DNA of 63,638 nt, filler included. It is 6 parts of 6 records of this genome, joined end to end, with 100 filler letters (N's around TTAATTAATTAA, not from the genome) between each part and the next. Parts side by side here need not be neighbours in the genome. Positions count along the whole stretch, not along the records: positions 8,467 to 16,552 come from DRR723986_4262; positions 16,653 to 33,055 come from DRR723986_4265; 4 more parts are not named here. One strand, 5' to 3'. Shown here in pieces: positions 9,272 through 19,979 of the stretch. The translations under genes and the position numbers were made by a program. Within the stretch, counting starts at the first letter, position 1, and the number at the start of each line of letters is the position of its first letter. A model generated the notes under the pieces. It had not been told where the DNA came from. It saw only the letters and a list, made by a program, of their open reading frames with translations, and did not search any database.

Positions 9272-9877
9272 ATGTATAAGATCGTCGGATTTCCGCGGAC
9301 CCGCGCCATGCGGGTGATGTGGCTGCTTGAGGAACTGGGCGAACCCTACGAGGTTGACCCGGCTCTGCCGCAGTCAGATACCGTCAAGGCGCTCAATCCA
9401 AGCGGCAAGGTGCCCGTGCTGGTCGACGGTGACGCCGTCATCACCGATTCCGTCGCAATCTGTACCTATCTGGCCGACAAGCACGGCCGGTTTACCTTTC
9501 CTGCCGGAACTCTTGATCGCGCCCGTCAGGACAGCATCACCCAGTTCGGTGTCGATGTGCTGGAAGGCGCGCTCTGGACCGCTGCGAAGAACACCTTCAT
9601 CCATCCCGAAAATGTCCGTGTTCCGGCGGTCAAGGACGTCTGCCGGTTCGAATTCGAGCAAGGCCTGAAAACGCTGGAAACGCTGATCGGTGACGGTCCC
9701 TATGCCATGGGCGAAACCTTCACCATTGCCGACATCATCGTCGGGCACTGCTCCGGCTGGGCACTGGCCGCCAAGTTCGACCTGCCCAAAGAAGGGCCGG
9801 TCTACGATTATTTCAAACGCCTCAGGGAGCGTCCCGCTTTCCAGGCCATGATGGCAAAGGTGATGGAAGCCGCATGA
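9272..9877 (+). CDS. Glutathione S-transferase family protein
   Basis: [32 protein letters not shown] and FTIADI motifs; stop overlaps ureE start (ATGA). Confidence 0.9.
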   Translation: MYKIVGFPRTRAMRVMWLLEELGEPYEVDPALPQSDTVKALNPSGKVPVLVDGDAVITDSVAICTYLADKHGRFTFPAGTLDRARQDSITQFGVDVLEGALWTAAKNTFIHPENVRVPAVKDVCRFEFEQGLKTLETLIGDGPYAMGETFTIADIIVGHCSGWALAAKFDLPKEGPVYDYFKRLRERPAFQAMMAKVMEAA

Positions 9878-10410
9878 TCCGCGTCGCGAAAATCCACAAG
9901 GCCGAAACTTGGACCGGCGATGTCACCGACCGGGTCACGCTTGACCGGGAAGACCGGTATCGGCGCAGGGCAGTCCTGACAGGCGCAGCCGGGTTGACCT
10001 TCCTACTGGATGAACCGATGGCGATCCATTTGCGCCATGGCGACGGGCTGGAACTTGAAGACGGTCGGATTGTCGAAGTTCTCGCAGAACCTGAGGAAGT
10101 GGTCGAAATTCACGCCGACGACACCGCCCACCTGGTGAAGATCGCCTGGCACCTGGGCAACCGGCACCTGCCGACGCAGCTCATGGGCAACACCCTGCGG
10201 ATCCGGCGGGACCACGTGATTGAAGACATGGTGGAAAGGCTCGGTGGCCGCCTGACCGAACTGTCTGCCCCCTTCGATCCGGAAGGCGGCGCCTACGGCC
10301 ATGGCCGCACCCACGGGCATGATCATGGACACGGGCATTCGCATGGGCACAGCCATGACCATAGCCACGATCACGGCCACGACCACGGTTCCGGACATTC
10401 CCATGACTGA
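9874..10410 (+). CDS. ureE: Urease accessory protein UreE with His-rich tail
   Basis: AWHLGNRH Ni-binding motif, PFDPEGGAY, poly-His (HGHDHGH...) C-terminus. Confidence 0.95.
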   Translation: MIRVAKIHKAETWTGDVTDRVTLDREDRYRRRAVLTGAAGLTFLLDEPMAIHLRHGDGLELEDGRIVEVLAEPEEVVEIHADDTAHLVKIAWHLGNRHLPTQLMGNTLRIRRDHVIEDMVERLGGRLTELSAPFDPEGGAYGHGRTHGHDHGHGHSHGHSHDHSHDHGHDHGSGHSHD

Positions 10411-11134
10411 GCCAGTGTCACCCCGGCTCCCCCTGTCACCGCAGGCGCTCTACCGGCTGCAGGCCTTTCTCTCACCGGCCTTTCCGATCGGCGCCTTTAC
10501 TTACAGCCACGGGCTGGAACAGGTGATCGAGCAGGGCGGGGTGGCAAGTGCGGCAGAACTTGGCGTCTGGCTGCGTGAAATCCTCCGTTTCGGCGCAGGA
10601 CGAAGCGACGCCATCCTGCTGAAGGAAACCTACCGGGCCACCCTTGCAGGAGATCGAGCGACCGTTGACGAGCTGCGTGACCTGGGGCTGACCCTGCAAC
10701 CATCCAGGGAACGGCATCTGGAATCGAGTGCCCAGGGCAGCGCCTTTTTCAGGGCCATCTGCAACAGCTGGATGCCGGAAGCGGACACCGAGGCCGCACG
10801 TCTGTTTCACGAATTCGCGGGCGAGGAAAACACGTCCTGGCCGTACCCGGTAGTGCTGGGACTTGCAGCTGCGGCTCACGGCTTGCCGGTGGATGCAGCG
10901 CTTCACTGTTTCCTGCATGCTTTCGCGGCCAATCTGATTTCCGTCGCCGTGCGGGTGGTGCCGCTTGGCCAGAGCGACGGCCAGAAGGTGCTGGCTGGTC
11001 TGGAACCGGTGATCTTCGAAATTGCAGAAGAGGCCGAGGCGGCAGGTCTTGACGATCTAGGCACCTCCACCTTCCTTGCAGATATCGCCTCCATGGCACA
11101 TGAAACCCAGTATTCGAGGTTGTTCCGTTCATGA
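10403..11134 (+). CDS. ureF: Urease accessory protein UreF
   Basis: [25 protein letters not shown] and [11 protein letters not shown] motifs. Confidence 0.95.
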   Translation: MTEPVSPRLPLSPQALYRLQAFLSPAFPIGAFTYSHGLEQVIEQGGVASAAELGVWLREILRFGAGRSDAILLKETYRATLAGDRATVDELRDLGLTLQPSRERHLESSAQGSAFFRAICNSWMPEADTEAARLFHEFAGEENTSWPYPVVLGLAAAAHGLPVDAALHCFLHAFAANLISVAVRVVPLGQSDGQKVLAGLEPVIFEIAEEAEAAGLDDLGTSTFLADIASMAHETQYSRLFRS

Positions 11135-11748
11135 CTTCCCAAAATGGTCCCTTGCGCGTCGGCATCGGCGGTCCCGTCGGTTCCGGCAAGACCACGCTGA
11201 CCGACAAGCTGTGCAAGGCCATGCGCGACCGCTACTCGCTCGCCGTCATCACCAATGACATCTACACAAGCGAGGACGCCGAAGCCCTGATGCGCTCGCA
11301 GGCCTTGACCAGTGACCGCATTCGCGGTGTCGAGACCGGCGGCTGCCCGCATACGGCAATCCGTGAAGACGCCTCCATCAATCTGGCAGCGGTGGCGGAC
11401 CTGACCAAAAGCATCCCGGATCTCGACCTGATCCTGATCGAATCCGGCGGTGACAACCTGGCCGCAACCTTTTCACCGGAGCTCGCCGACCTGACGATCT
11501 ACGTGATCGATGTTGCCGCCGGCGAGGAAATTCCGCGCAAAGGCGGGCCGGGTATCACGCGCTCCGATCTCCTGATCATCAACAAGACAGATCTTGCGCC
11601 CTATGTCGGCGTCAATCTGGAGGTCATGGACCGGGATGCAAAGAAGATGCGCAAGGAACGCCCCTTTGTTTTCGCCAATACAAAGGCGGGAGAGGGCGTC
11701 GAATCCGTGGTAGACTTCATCGTCCAAAAGGGTGGGCTGAACGCTTAA
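11131..11748 (+). CDS. ureG: Urease accessory GTPase UreG
   Basis: [10 protein letters not shown]-loop, ETGGCPH, ESGGDN and NKTD motifs. Confidence 0.97.
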   Translation: MTSQNGPLRVGIGGPVGSGKTTLTDKLCKAMRDRYSLAVITNDIYTSEDAEALMRSQALTSDRIRGVETGGCPHTAIREDASINLAAVADLTKSIPDLDLILIESGGDNLAATFSPELADLTIYVIDVAAGEEIPRKGGPGITRSDLLIINKTDLAPYVGVNLEVMDRDAKKMRKERPFVFANTKAGEGVESVVDFIVQKGGLNA

Positions 11749-11769
11749 ATCTTCGATGTTGATGACCGA

Positions 11770-12474
11770 ATGATCGCTGGCAGACAGGAAGCCTGCGCGC
11801 ATAACAATGCGCTCTGGTGCGATGCGGTCCTGAAAACCGCAGGTGCGAAAACCGAATTTCATGCAGGATTCTGGTGCGCTCGGGACAAGTCCCTGCCGCT
11901 CTATCCGAACATCGTCACCCTGTCGCCGAAGCAGGGAGCGGATTTTTATGCCGCGCTGCCCGATTTGCCGAAGGGGGCCGGGGTAAAGGACAGTTTCGAC
12001 AGTCTGGATCTGGCACCTTACGGCTTTCAGAGGCTTTTTACCGGCACCTGGCTGTTTCGTCCGCCGCCAAGTGCCAAACGTGCCCCGATCAGCTCCGATT
12101 GGCACAAGGTGGCGACATCGGAAAGCCTGAAGAAGTGGCTGGCCGGCTGGAACGAGAACGAAAGCCTCCATGCCGTTTTCCCGTCAAGATTGCTGGAACG
12201 CAAAACCATCGATTTCGCCGCCATCATCAAGGACGGCAAAGTAAAGGCAGGGGCGGTCTTCAACACCGGTCCGAAGCTTGACGGCAAGGATATCCTTGGC
12301 CTTTCAAACGTCTTCTGCCGCAAGACCTGGCTCTACAGTGCTCTGCATGATCTTCTGGAACCGTTTCCGAACCGGTCGATTTGCACCTACGAAAATGATG
12401 CAAGCGTGCTACCGGTCTATCGGCAACTCGGTTTCGAGCCTTGCGGACTGCTTTCCGTCTGGCTGAAACAGTAG
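11770..12474 (+). CDS. Hypothetical protein, possibly degenerate GNAT-like fold
   Basis: 234-aa ORF co-oriented after ureG; NNALWCDAV, VKDSF.LDL..GF and YRQLGFE motifs. Confidence 0.65.
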   Translation: MIAGRQEACAHNNALWCDAVLKTAGAKTEFHAGFWCARDKSLPLYPNIVTLSPKQGADFYAALPDLPKGAGVKDSFDSLDLAPYGFQRLFTGTWLFRPPPSAKRAPISSDWHKVATSESLKKWLAGWNENESLHAVFPSRLLERKTIDFAAIIKDGKVKAGAVFNTGPKLDGKDILGLSNVFCRKTWLYSALHDLLEPFPNRSICTYENDASVLPVYRQLGFEPCGLLSVWLKQ

Positions 12475-12489
12475 CTCCGGCAAGAGCGA

Positions 12490-12515
12490 AGCCCGCAACT
12501 TTTCAGCTGCGGGCT
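12490..12515. terminator. Hairpin between convergent genes
   Basis: AGCCCGCA...TGCGGGCT inverted repeat. Confidence 0.45.
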
Positions 12516-12541
12516 CCGATTTTCGTTGATGACCGGTCGCG

Positions 12542-14545
12542 CTATTTCACCGTCACGGTCTGCCGCGCAACGATTTCCGCGTCACCTGCGGACAGCACGA
12601 AGCGCAGCTCGTAAGTGCCCGGCTCTTCCGGTGTCCGCACCTCCACAACGCCGTTGGAGATGTTGTCAGCAATCTCCCAGGCGCCCGGCGCCGTACTCCA
12701 GGCATCCTGAGACGGTTCGGCATAACCGATGAAGTTGCTGCTGTTGGCCGGGCCGCTCGCCTTTACGCTGACATAGCTGGCAGCCGGAACTTCGGACGGG
12801 CCCTCCAGCGTCACCTTCGGATCCGTGATCTTCAAAGGTTGGCTGGCCAGGATCTTCGATCCGTCGGACGTCGAGAGAATGTAACGCAGCTCGTAATCGC
12901 CCCGAGCCAATGGCGCGATGATCGAGACACTGTCTCCATCCGGACGTTCGTAGGTCACATAGGCCGAAGGGTCGGAGCCGACCGGCGCGATGCCGATCCA
13001 GTCGTCGGGCGCCTTCGGGCCGCTCCAGGTCACGTTCAGTCTGCCGGCCGCCTCAACCGTGCTGTCGGCCTGAAGCGTTGCTGCACTTTCGCCAACAGTT
13101 AGCGGTTGACGCGTCAGGATCGTCTGGTCGATGCCGGTGACATAGATGACATCATAAGTGCCGGCTTCGCTCGGTGCCTGAAGGGTGACGGGAGACCCGT
13201 CGGCGGTGCCTTTCCAGCGGCCCTGGTAATCGTCAACCGTGCCGTCCTTCGGAACGATCCCGATCCAGTCCTCCGGCCCGTTCGGACCTTCAAAGGCAAT
13301 CTCCACCGGCTGACCGGCGGCAACCTCGGGGGCGTAGGTCAGGATTGCCTGGACTTCGGTCACCTTGATCGGTGCCTTGGCCAGAACACGTTCACCGCTA
13401 TCGGCCCAGACATAGACGATTTCATAGTCGCCCGGCTGGGTTGGCAGGGCCAGTTTGGCGGGATTACCGTCGCGCACATACACCCAGAGATCCCGTTCGA
13501 GCCTGTTTCCGTCCGGGGTGACGACACGCAGGAAATCACCATCCAGGCCCGGGCCTTCAAAGGCAACTTCCAGCAGCGAGGTTGCAGGTGCTTCAGGGGA
13601 GGCGGGCGTGACACTTGCCTCGGGAAGATTGCCGTCGAGAAGAACAGTCTGCTGTCCGCCCTTGTCGGACACCTCAAGCGATGCACCACCTGCCTTTTCA
13701 CCAAGTTCTGCACTGACGACGTAGGATCCCGGCTCGAGCTCGACCTCGACGCTGCCACCTGTCATGCCGGACGCCACCACGGTCTCGTCGTCGACGGTTG
13801 CCACTGTCCATTGCACAGGGCCTGAAACAGGCTGGCCGCTTTCCTTGTCGGCCGCTGTCAGGACTGTCACAGGCAGCGGCGCTTTTTCCTCAACCGCGGC
13901 GACGCTTTCCTTCAGCGCTTCGGTCAGGCCGTCGGCGTCCTTGGCGTTCCAGTAGGTGCCGCCTGTCAGATGCGCGATGCACGCGATCTTGGCCTGATCC
14001 GCCTTGGAAGCGATGTCGAAACCGATGACATGGGCCTTGAAATCGACCCCGGACTTGGCAAGAGCCTCCGCGAGGGCGCAAGGATCCCCGCCGCAGGTCT
14101 CGATACCATCGGAGATCAGGATCAGCCGTCCCGGGCGGTCGTTCTGCGCCAGAAGTTCCGCCGCCTGCCGAAGTGTTTCGGTAATCGGCGTCTTGCCGCG
14201 CGGCGTGAGCGCCTTGACGCTTTGCACCAGTTTGGAGCGGTCCAGCTCACTCACCGGCACCAGCGTTTCCACATCGCCGCAATCCGCCTTGCGGCGATGA
14301 CCATAGGCCATCACACCAGCCCTGGTTCCATCCGGAAGACCGGCAACAAAGCCTTCAAAGGCAGACCGGGCAATTTCCGCTTTCGCGGTACCGTCGATCT
14401 GGCCCCACATGGAATTGGAAGAATCCAGGACGAACAAAAGATCAGAAGGTGTATCCGTCTGTGCCCCTGCAGGGGACATGAACATCGTGCCGCCGATGAG
14501 GGCGGCTCCCATAAGTCGAAACACAGGTCGCTTTGAAAAGAGCAT
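12542..14545 (-). CDS. Secreted von Willebrand factor A domain protein with C-terminal Ig-like repeats
   Basis: AGGAG RBS before ATG 14545; signal peptide; MIDAS DSSNS...TP...SDG; four roughly 90-aa repeats (V.FEGP...DWIGI). Confidence 0.85.
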   Translation of the reverse strand: MLFSKRPVFRLMGAALIGGTMFMSPAGAQTDTPSDLLFVLDSSNSMWGQIDGTAKAEIARSAFEGFVAGLPDGTRAGVMAYGHRRKADCGDVETLVPVSELDRSKLVQSVKALTPRGKTPITETLRQAAELLAQNDRPGRLILISDGIETCGGDPCALAEALAKSGVDFKAHVIGFDIASKADQAKIACIAHLTGGTYWNAKDADGLTEALKESVAAVEEKAPLPVTVLTAADKESGQPVSGPVQWTVATVDDETVVASGMTGGSVEVELEPGSYVVSAELGEKAGGASLEVSDKGGQQTVLLDGNLPEASVTPASPEAPATSLLEVAFEGPGLDGDFLRVVTPDGNRLERDLWVYVRDGNPAKLALPTQPGDYEIVYVWADSGERVLAKAPIKVTEVQAILTYAPEVAAGQPVEIAFEGPNGPEDWIGIVPKDGTVDDYQGRWKGTADGSPVTLQAPSEAGTYDVIYVTGIDQTILTRQPLTVGESAATLQADSTVEAAGRLNVTWSGPKAPDDWIGIAPVGSDPSAYVTYERPDGDSVSIIAPLARGDYELRYILSTSDGSKILASQPLKITDPKVTLEGPSEVPAASYVSVKASGPANSSNFIGYAEPSQDAWSTAPGAWEIADNISNGVVEVRTPEEPGTYELRFVLSAGDAEIVARQTVTVK

Positions 14546-14703
14546 GAAACCTTGGGCTCCTGTAATGAATTTTCGAAAAAGCCTTATCCGGAAAGGAGAT
14601 AGGCGAGACGGGCCGAATTTAGAGACACTTGCAATCCCGAAGTGTGATAAAAGTCGCAAGTATACAGAATTGCCAAGGAAAAAATGACGTTGGGAGACCT
14701 GCA

Positions 14704-15102
14704 ATGATGTTCGACGGTATCAACCTGATTGCAGTTGCTGCGGCCGCCATTGTGTCTTTCCTGTTCGGTGCGCTCTGGTACGGCATCCTCGGCAAGGCCT
14801 GGATTAACGCCGCCGGTCTGACCAGGGAGCAGACGAGGCCAAACCCGGTTGTCTTTGCAACGGCCTTTTTCTGCCAGATCATCATGGCATTCGTCTTCGC
14901 GGGCGTGATCTATCACACCGGTGGAACCGAAATCAGGAACGGCATCATCTCCGCACTGATGATCTGGATCGGCATCGTCATGACCACGCAGATCGTCAAC
15001 CACCGCTTTCAAGGGCTGTCCTGGAACCTGACGCTGATCGACGGCGGTCACTGGCTCGGGGTACTGCTTGTCCAGGGTATCGTGATCGGATGGCTGAACT
15101 GA
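14704..15102 (+). CDS. DUF1761-family membrane protein
   Basis: GGGAGA RBS; FGALWYG..GKAW and LIDGGHW motifs; four TM helices. Confidence 0.8.
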   Translation: MMFDGINLIAVAAAAIVSFLFGALWYGILGKAWINAAGLTREQTRPNPVVFATAFFCQIIMAFVFAGVIYHTGGTEIRNGIISALMIWIGIVMTTQIVNHRFQGLSWNLTLIDGGHWLGVLLVQGIVIGWLN

Positions 15103-15307
15103 CGTGATCGCCGGGAAATACGCGTAAATCCGTACGAGATTGAAGGTCTTAGGCCTTGCCATAGACCAAAGACTCGCCGACTAAAGTACCAAGTCTAGGT
15201 TCTGGACGCTTTGAGGGGCCATACGCATAATGGCCCCGGCAAAACAAGGCCGCGGAAGGGAGAACTCGCTTACCGCAGGTCCAATTGTGGTTTCTGGGAG
15301 GTTTCAC

Positions 15308-16552
15308 ATGACTGAGTCCGTATTTCCCGTTCCCGCGGAGGTTGCCGCGCGGGCGCATGTCGACAATGCCAAATATCAGGAAATGTATCAGCGTTCCGTG
15401 GAAGACCCCGACGGCTTCTGGGGTGAGCACGGCAAACGGGTGGACTGGATCAAGCCTTTCACCAAGGTGAAGAACACTTCCTACGACTATCACAACGTTT
15501 CGATCAAATGGTTCGAGGACGGCACGCTCAACGTTTCGGCCAACTGCGTTGACCGCCACCTGGAAAAGCGTGGCGACCAGCCCGCGATCATCTGGGAAGG
15601 CGACGACCCGAACGAGCACAAGGTCATCACCTACAAGGAACTGCACCGCGAGGTGAACAAGTTCGCCAACGTGCTGCACGGCCAGGGTGTCAAGAAGGGC
15701 GACCGCGTCACCATCTATCTGCCGATGATTCCGGAAGCAGCTTATGCAATGCTCGCCTGCGCCCGCATCGGCGCTGTGCATTCCATCGTCTTCGGCGGAT
15801 TTTCACCGGACAGCCTTGCCCAGCGTATCGAGGATTGCGCCTCTGAATGCGTGATCACGGCAGACGAGGGCCTGCGCGGTGGCCGCAAGGTGCCGTTGAA
15901 GGCCAATGTCGACAAGGCTGCTGAAAAAGCGCCGGTAAAGAGCGTCATCGTGGTCAAGCGCACCGGCGGCGACATTGCCATGCAGGCCGGCCGAGACGTC
16001 TGGTACCACGACGAGGCGGACCGTGTGTCCGACCATTGCGCACCAGCGGAAATGAACGCGGAAGATCCGCTCTTCATCCTCTACACCTCCGGGTCGACCG
16101 GCAAGCCCAAGGGTGTGATGCACACCACCGGCGGCTACCTGGTCTACGCCTCCATGACCCATGAATATGTCTTCGATTATCACGAAGGCGACGTCTACTG
16201 GTGCACGGCGGATGTGGGCTGGGTCACCGGTCACAGCTACATCGTCTACGGCCCGCTTGCCAACGGCGCCACCACGCTGATGTTCGAAGGTGTTCCGACC
16301 TATCCCGGTCCGGGCCGCTTCTGGGAAGTGTGCGACAAGCACAACGTCAACATCTTCTATACGGCACCCACCGCGATCCGCGCTCTGATGGGCGCCGGCG
16401 ACGAACACGTCACCAAAACCTCGCGCAAGTCCCTGCGCCTTCTGGGGTCCGTTGGCGAGCCGATCAATCCGGAAGCCTGGACCTGGTACTACAATGTGGT
16501 TGGTGACAAGCGCTGCCCGATTGTCGACACCTGGTGGCAGACCGAAACCGGC
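15308..16552 (+). CDS. acs: Acetyl-CoA synthetase, 3'-truncated
   Basis: [44 protein letters not shown] and DTWWQTETG motifs. Confidence 0.97.
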
Positions 16553-16652
16553 NNNNNNNNNNNNNNNNNNNNNNNNNNNNNNNNNNNNNNNNNNNNTTAA
16601 TTAATTAANNNNNNNNNNNNNNNNNNNNNNNNNNNNNNNNNNNNNNNNNNNN
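16553..16652. other. Artificial contig-joining spacer
   Basis: N44-TTAATTAATTAA-N44. Confidence 0.99.
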
Positions 16653-18901
16653 CCGATGGCATGATCGAGGCGAGCGTCGGAAACTATAATGAATGGAGCC
16701 TTGAGGGCGTTGCCAACATAGCGGTGACCGACAATTCCGCGCTGCGACTTGCAGGCTACATGCTGGAGCATGACAGCTATCTTGAAAGTATAACACCGAA
16801 GAGTTCCGAACTTGGTCTCTCCGTGCCGACATCGGAATCCGAGGGTGTCGGCGTTGCTGAGGCAGCGGATGATCTTGGCTTTCGTGCCGCCTACCTGATC
16901 GAGCCGACGGAAGATTGGACCTTCACGCTGACATACGACTATCTCGAACAGAAAGGCACCGGTTATACGGGCGTGAACTTTGCAAATCCGCTTGGAAATG
17001 GAGTGCGGCCCGATCAGATCGATGATCCAAGAAAGGTTGTCGGGAGGGCTTTCACGCCGCGGGAAGATACCGAACATTGGGGCATCAAGGCTCACCTGGA
17101 ATATGATGGTGACCTGTTCAATGCTGAGTATATCGGCTCGATGCGGGACCTCGTCTACGATTACGAATTCGTCACCCCTGCAGGTCCAGCCTATCCTGGT
17201 GTCTTCGATACATTGGGGCCGCTTGATATCGACAATTTCTCCAGGGTCCGCTTCACTACGGATTCTGAGTCAAATGTGCACGAACTGCGTCTGTTCTCCG
17301 ACGATGATGAGCGGCTCACATGGACTGCGGGCGCCTTCTATTTCACTGAAGCCCAGCGCACCTTCCTCGGAACGACGGGTGATCGCAATCCCTTCTTCAC
17401 AGGGGTGGAGTTCAATCAGACGACGGACACTGAGAGCCTCTCCTTCTACGCAGATGCGACCTTCAACGTAACAGACCGGTTTCGCCTGACGGGCGGATTG
17501 CGGACGACGAACGACAAGAAGGATCGCTTCGGCGTCAACGCCCGTTATCAGTTCATCATCGGCGGCGGGAACTTCTCATGCTGCTTCGGCACCGGGCATG
17601 GTACCGAAGGCTTTGAGTTTGCCGGGCTCGACCGGACAATATTCAATCCGGATGCGAACGGCGATGGTGCGGCGTCTGATGACGAGATCCTTGCCTTCTT
17701 CTTTAATGGCGTGCGCAGTTTCGGCCAGCGCGATGGGCTCGATGACATCTATGGTAACGGGGTGGTCCTGGGAGATGCGCCTGCTGACCAGCACCCAGTT
17801 TGCGAGGGCTTTGATTTTACAGGCGAATGTTTCAACACGTTCGTGCCGGACCTTGATGGGCGCATTTCCTTCGCGGTTCTGGGAGGCAATGCCATTGCAC
17901 TCCAGAACGGCTCTCTGGACAATAGCTTCACCGACTGGCGCCTTCGGGCCGAGTATGATCTGACGGAGAAGAACCTCGTCTATGGTCTCGTTGCGACCGG
18001 CAACAAGTCTGGTGGTTTCAATGACAATATTCCGGGGACTGAGGGTCTGGGGGTGGCAAGCCCATCCGGTAGTGCGCCCGCAGCATTCGACGTGGATACG
18101 CTGGCCCCGACCTATGACCCAGAGCAGCTGACGCTTTTTGAAGTCGGATCGAAGAACGAGTTCATGCTCGGTGACAATCCTGCACTCTTCAATGTGTCTG
18201 CTTTCTATTATGACTATACAGACCTGCAGCTCTTCACCTTGTTGTCCACAGCCCAGGCGCTGCAATTTGAAGGCATTGAACTGACCCAGGACCAGCTCGA
18301 CCAGCTTGGCGGCCAGGTCGTCGGATTCAATTTCAACGCATCGGACGCCGAGATCTATGGGGCGCAGTTTGAAGGGAAGGTAGACCTTCCGCACAACTGG
18401 ACGCTCAAGGGCAATCTGCTCTGGTTGGCCGAGGCAAAAGTCGTGAACTCGATTGAAGTCCAGGATTCCCGCTTCCAGGCAGATGTCGATCCGGTCAATT
18501 CCGTAAACCGGTCTATCGAAGGTAACCGCTTGCCTCGGACACCAGAAATCCAGTTCAATGGATCGGTCTCGAAGCTCATCGATACTTCTTACGGCTCGTT
18601 CGATGGCATTCTTTCGATTGGATACCGCTCATCGCAACATATGACAATATTCAACGGTATCGATTATGCCTCGCCGGAAAGTCCCGCCCTGCGTCTTGAT
18701 GACAAAGTAGACGGCTACTGGACCCTGGATGCCGGCGCCGGGTATTCGTATGGCAAAGATGGCAAGTGGCGGTTCGAAGTCTATGCCGCCAATATCACCG
18801 ATGTTCAGGAACCGCAGGCGATCATCATTACCCAGTTCGACAATACGCGCTTCTTCAGCCGTCCGAGGACCTATGGCGCCCGGCTGAGAGTCAAGTTCTA
18901 A
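16653..18901 (+). CDS. TonB-dependent receptor (beta-barrel part), 5'-truncated
   Basis: Amphipathic beta-strands; GNKSGGFN, EVGSKN and YDYTDLQ motifs; PRTYGARLRVKF with terminal Phe. Confidence 0.92.
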
Positions 18902-18906
18902 GACCT

Positions 18907-18938
18907 TGCCGGGAAGGCCGGCCTCGGCCTTCCCGGCA
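18907..18938 (+). promoter_or_regulatory. Perfect 14-bp intercistronic stem-loop without U-tract
   Basis: TGCCGGGAAGGCCG-GCCT-CGGCCTTCCCGGCA directly after the TBDR stop. Confidence 0.6.
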
Positions 18939-19004
18939 CACCTGCAATCGTTTTGCGGGCCTTCAGATAGGCGGAGATACAACTGGCCGGTAGGAGCAGA
19001 GGTT

Positions 19005-19979
19005 ATGGTACGCGCAATCATTCTGTCAGGGATCTTGTCGACCATGCTTGCAGGGCAAGCCGTGGCAGAACAGCTTCAGGCCGCAAACGGGCCGGACGCA
19101 AACGCCGGACATCCGGGTGGCTGGGAGCTTGTCTGGTCAGACGAGTTCGACGAAGGCATCATCGATGGCTCGAAATGGGGCTTTGATGTGGACTGCTGGG
19201 GCGGGGGGAATGAGGAGCGTCAGTGCTACACGTCCCGGCCTGAGAATGCCTTTGTTGCAGACGGATTTCTCAACATTGTCGCCCGGCGCGAAAACGCGGC
19301 CGGCCCGGCCTATCCGAAACACATGCGGGCAGACCTGCCGGAGGCCGAACGCGACAAGCAAAAGGCACAGCCATTCACATCGGCTCGCTTGACGACAAAG
19401 GGCAAGGCGGACTGGCTTTACGGCAGGTTCGAAGTGCGTGCCAGGTTGCCATCCGGGCAGGGAACCTGGCCTGCCGTCTGGATGCTTCCAACCGAGGAAG
19501 CTTACGGCGCCTGGGCAGCCTCCGGCGAGATTGACATTATGGAGGCGGTCAACCTCGGAACAGAGTGCGATACGTGTCCGAATGATACCGAAAACCGGAT
19601 TTACGGAACCATTCACTATGGAAATGAATGGCCGAGAAACAAATACAAAGGACAGGAAGCCAGCTTGTCTGCGACACATGACGGCTTCCATGTGTTTGCG
19701 GTTGAGTGGCGGGAAGGGGAGATTAAGTGGTTTGTAGACGGATCGCTCTATTCTACGCTTAAGGCTTCAGACTGGGGCTCCGGTGCGCTCTTCTCGAAAA
19801 AGCCCAAAACCGCGCCATTTGACCGGCCCTTCTATCTCATCCTGAATCTCGCAATCGGCGGCCATCTTGCAGAAAGCAAGAACGAAGGTGGCGTATCGCT
19901 TGAAGGGTATCCAAAGGCACTGCAGCTGGATTGGGTGCGCGTGTACCAAAGACCGGCAGAAGAGGTGCCCGCTCCATGA
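19005..19979 (+). CDS. Glycoside hydrolase family 16, laminarinase-type endo-beta-1,3-glucanase
   Basis: Signal peptide; WELVWSDEF, GGGNEERQCY, WPAVWMLP, catalytic EIDIME and PFDRPFYLILNLAIGG. Confidence 0.92.
   Translation: MVRAIILSGILSTMLAGQAVAEQLQAANGPDANAGHPGGWELVWSDEFDEGIIDGSKWGFDVDCWGGGNEERQCYTSRPENAFVADGFLNIVARRENAAGPAYPKHMRADLPEAERDKQKAQPFTSARLTTKGKADWLYGRFEVRARLPSGQGTWPAVWMLPTEEAYGAWAASGEIDIMEAVNLGTECDTCPNDTENRIYGTIHYGNEWPRNKYKGQEASLSATHDGFHVFAVEWREGEIKWFVDGSLYSTLKASDWGSGALFSKKPKTAPFDRPFYLILNLAIGGHLAESKNEGGVSLEGYPKALQLDWVRVYQRPAEEVPAP

Noticed and set aside
10296..10407. CAY-GRY repeats as a DNA repeat element
   Set aside because: They simply encode the normal His-rich Ni-binding tail of UreE.
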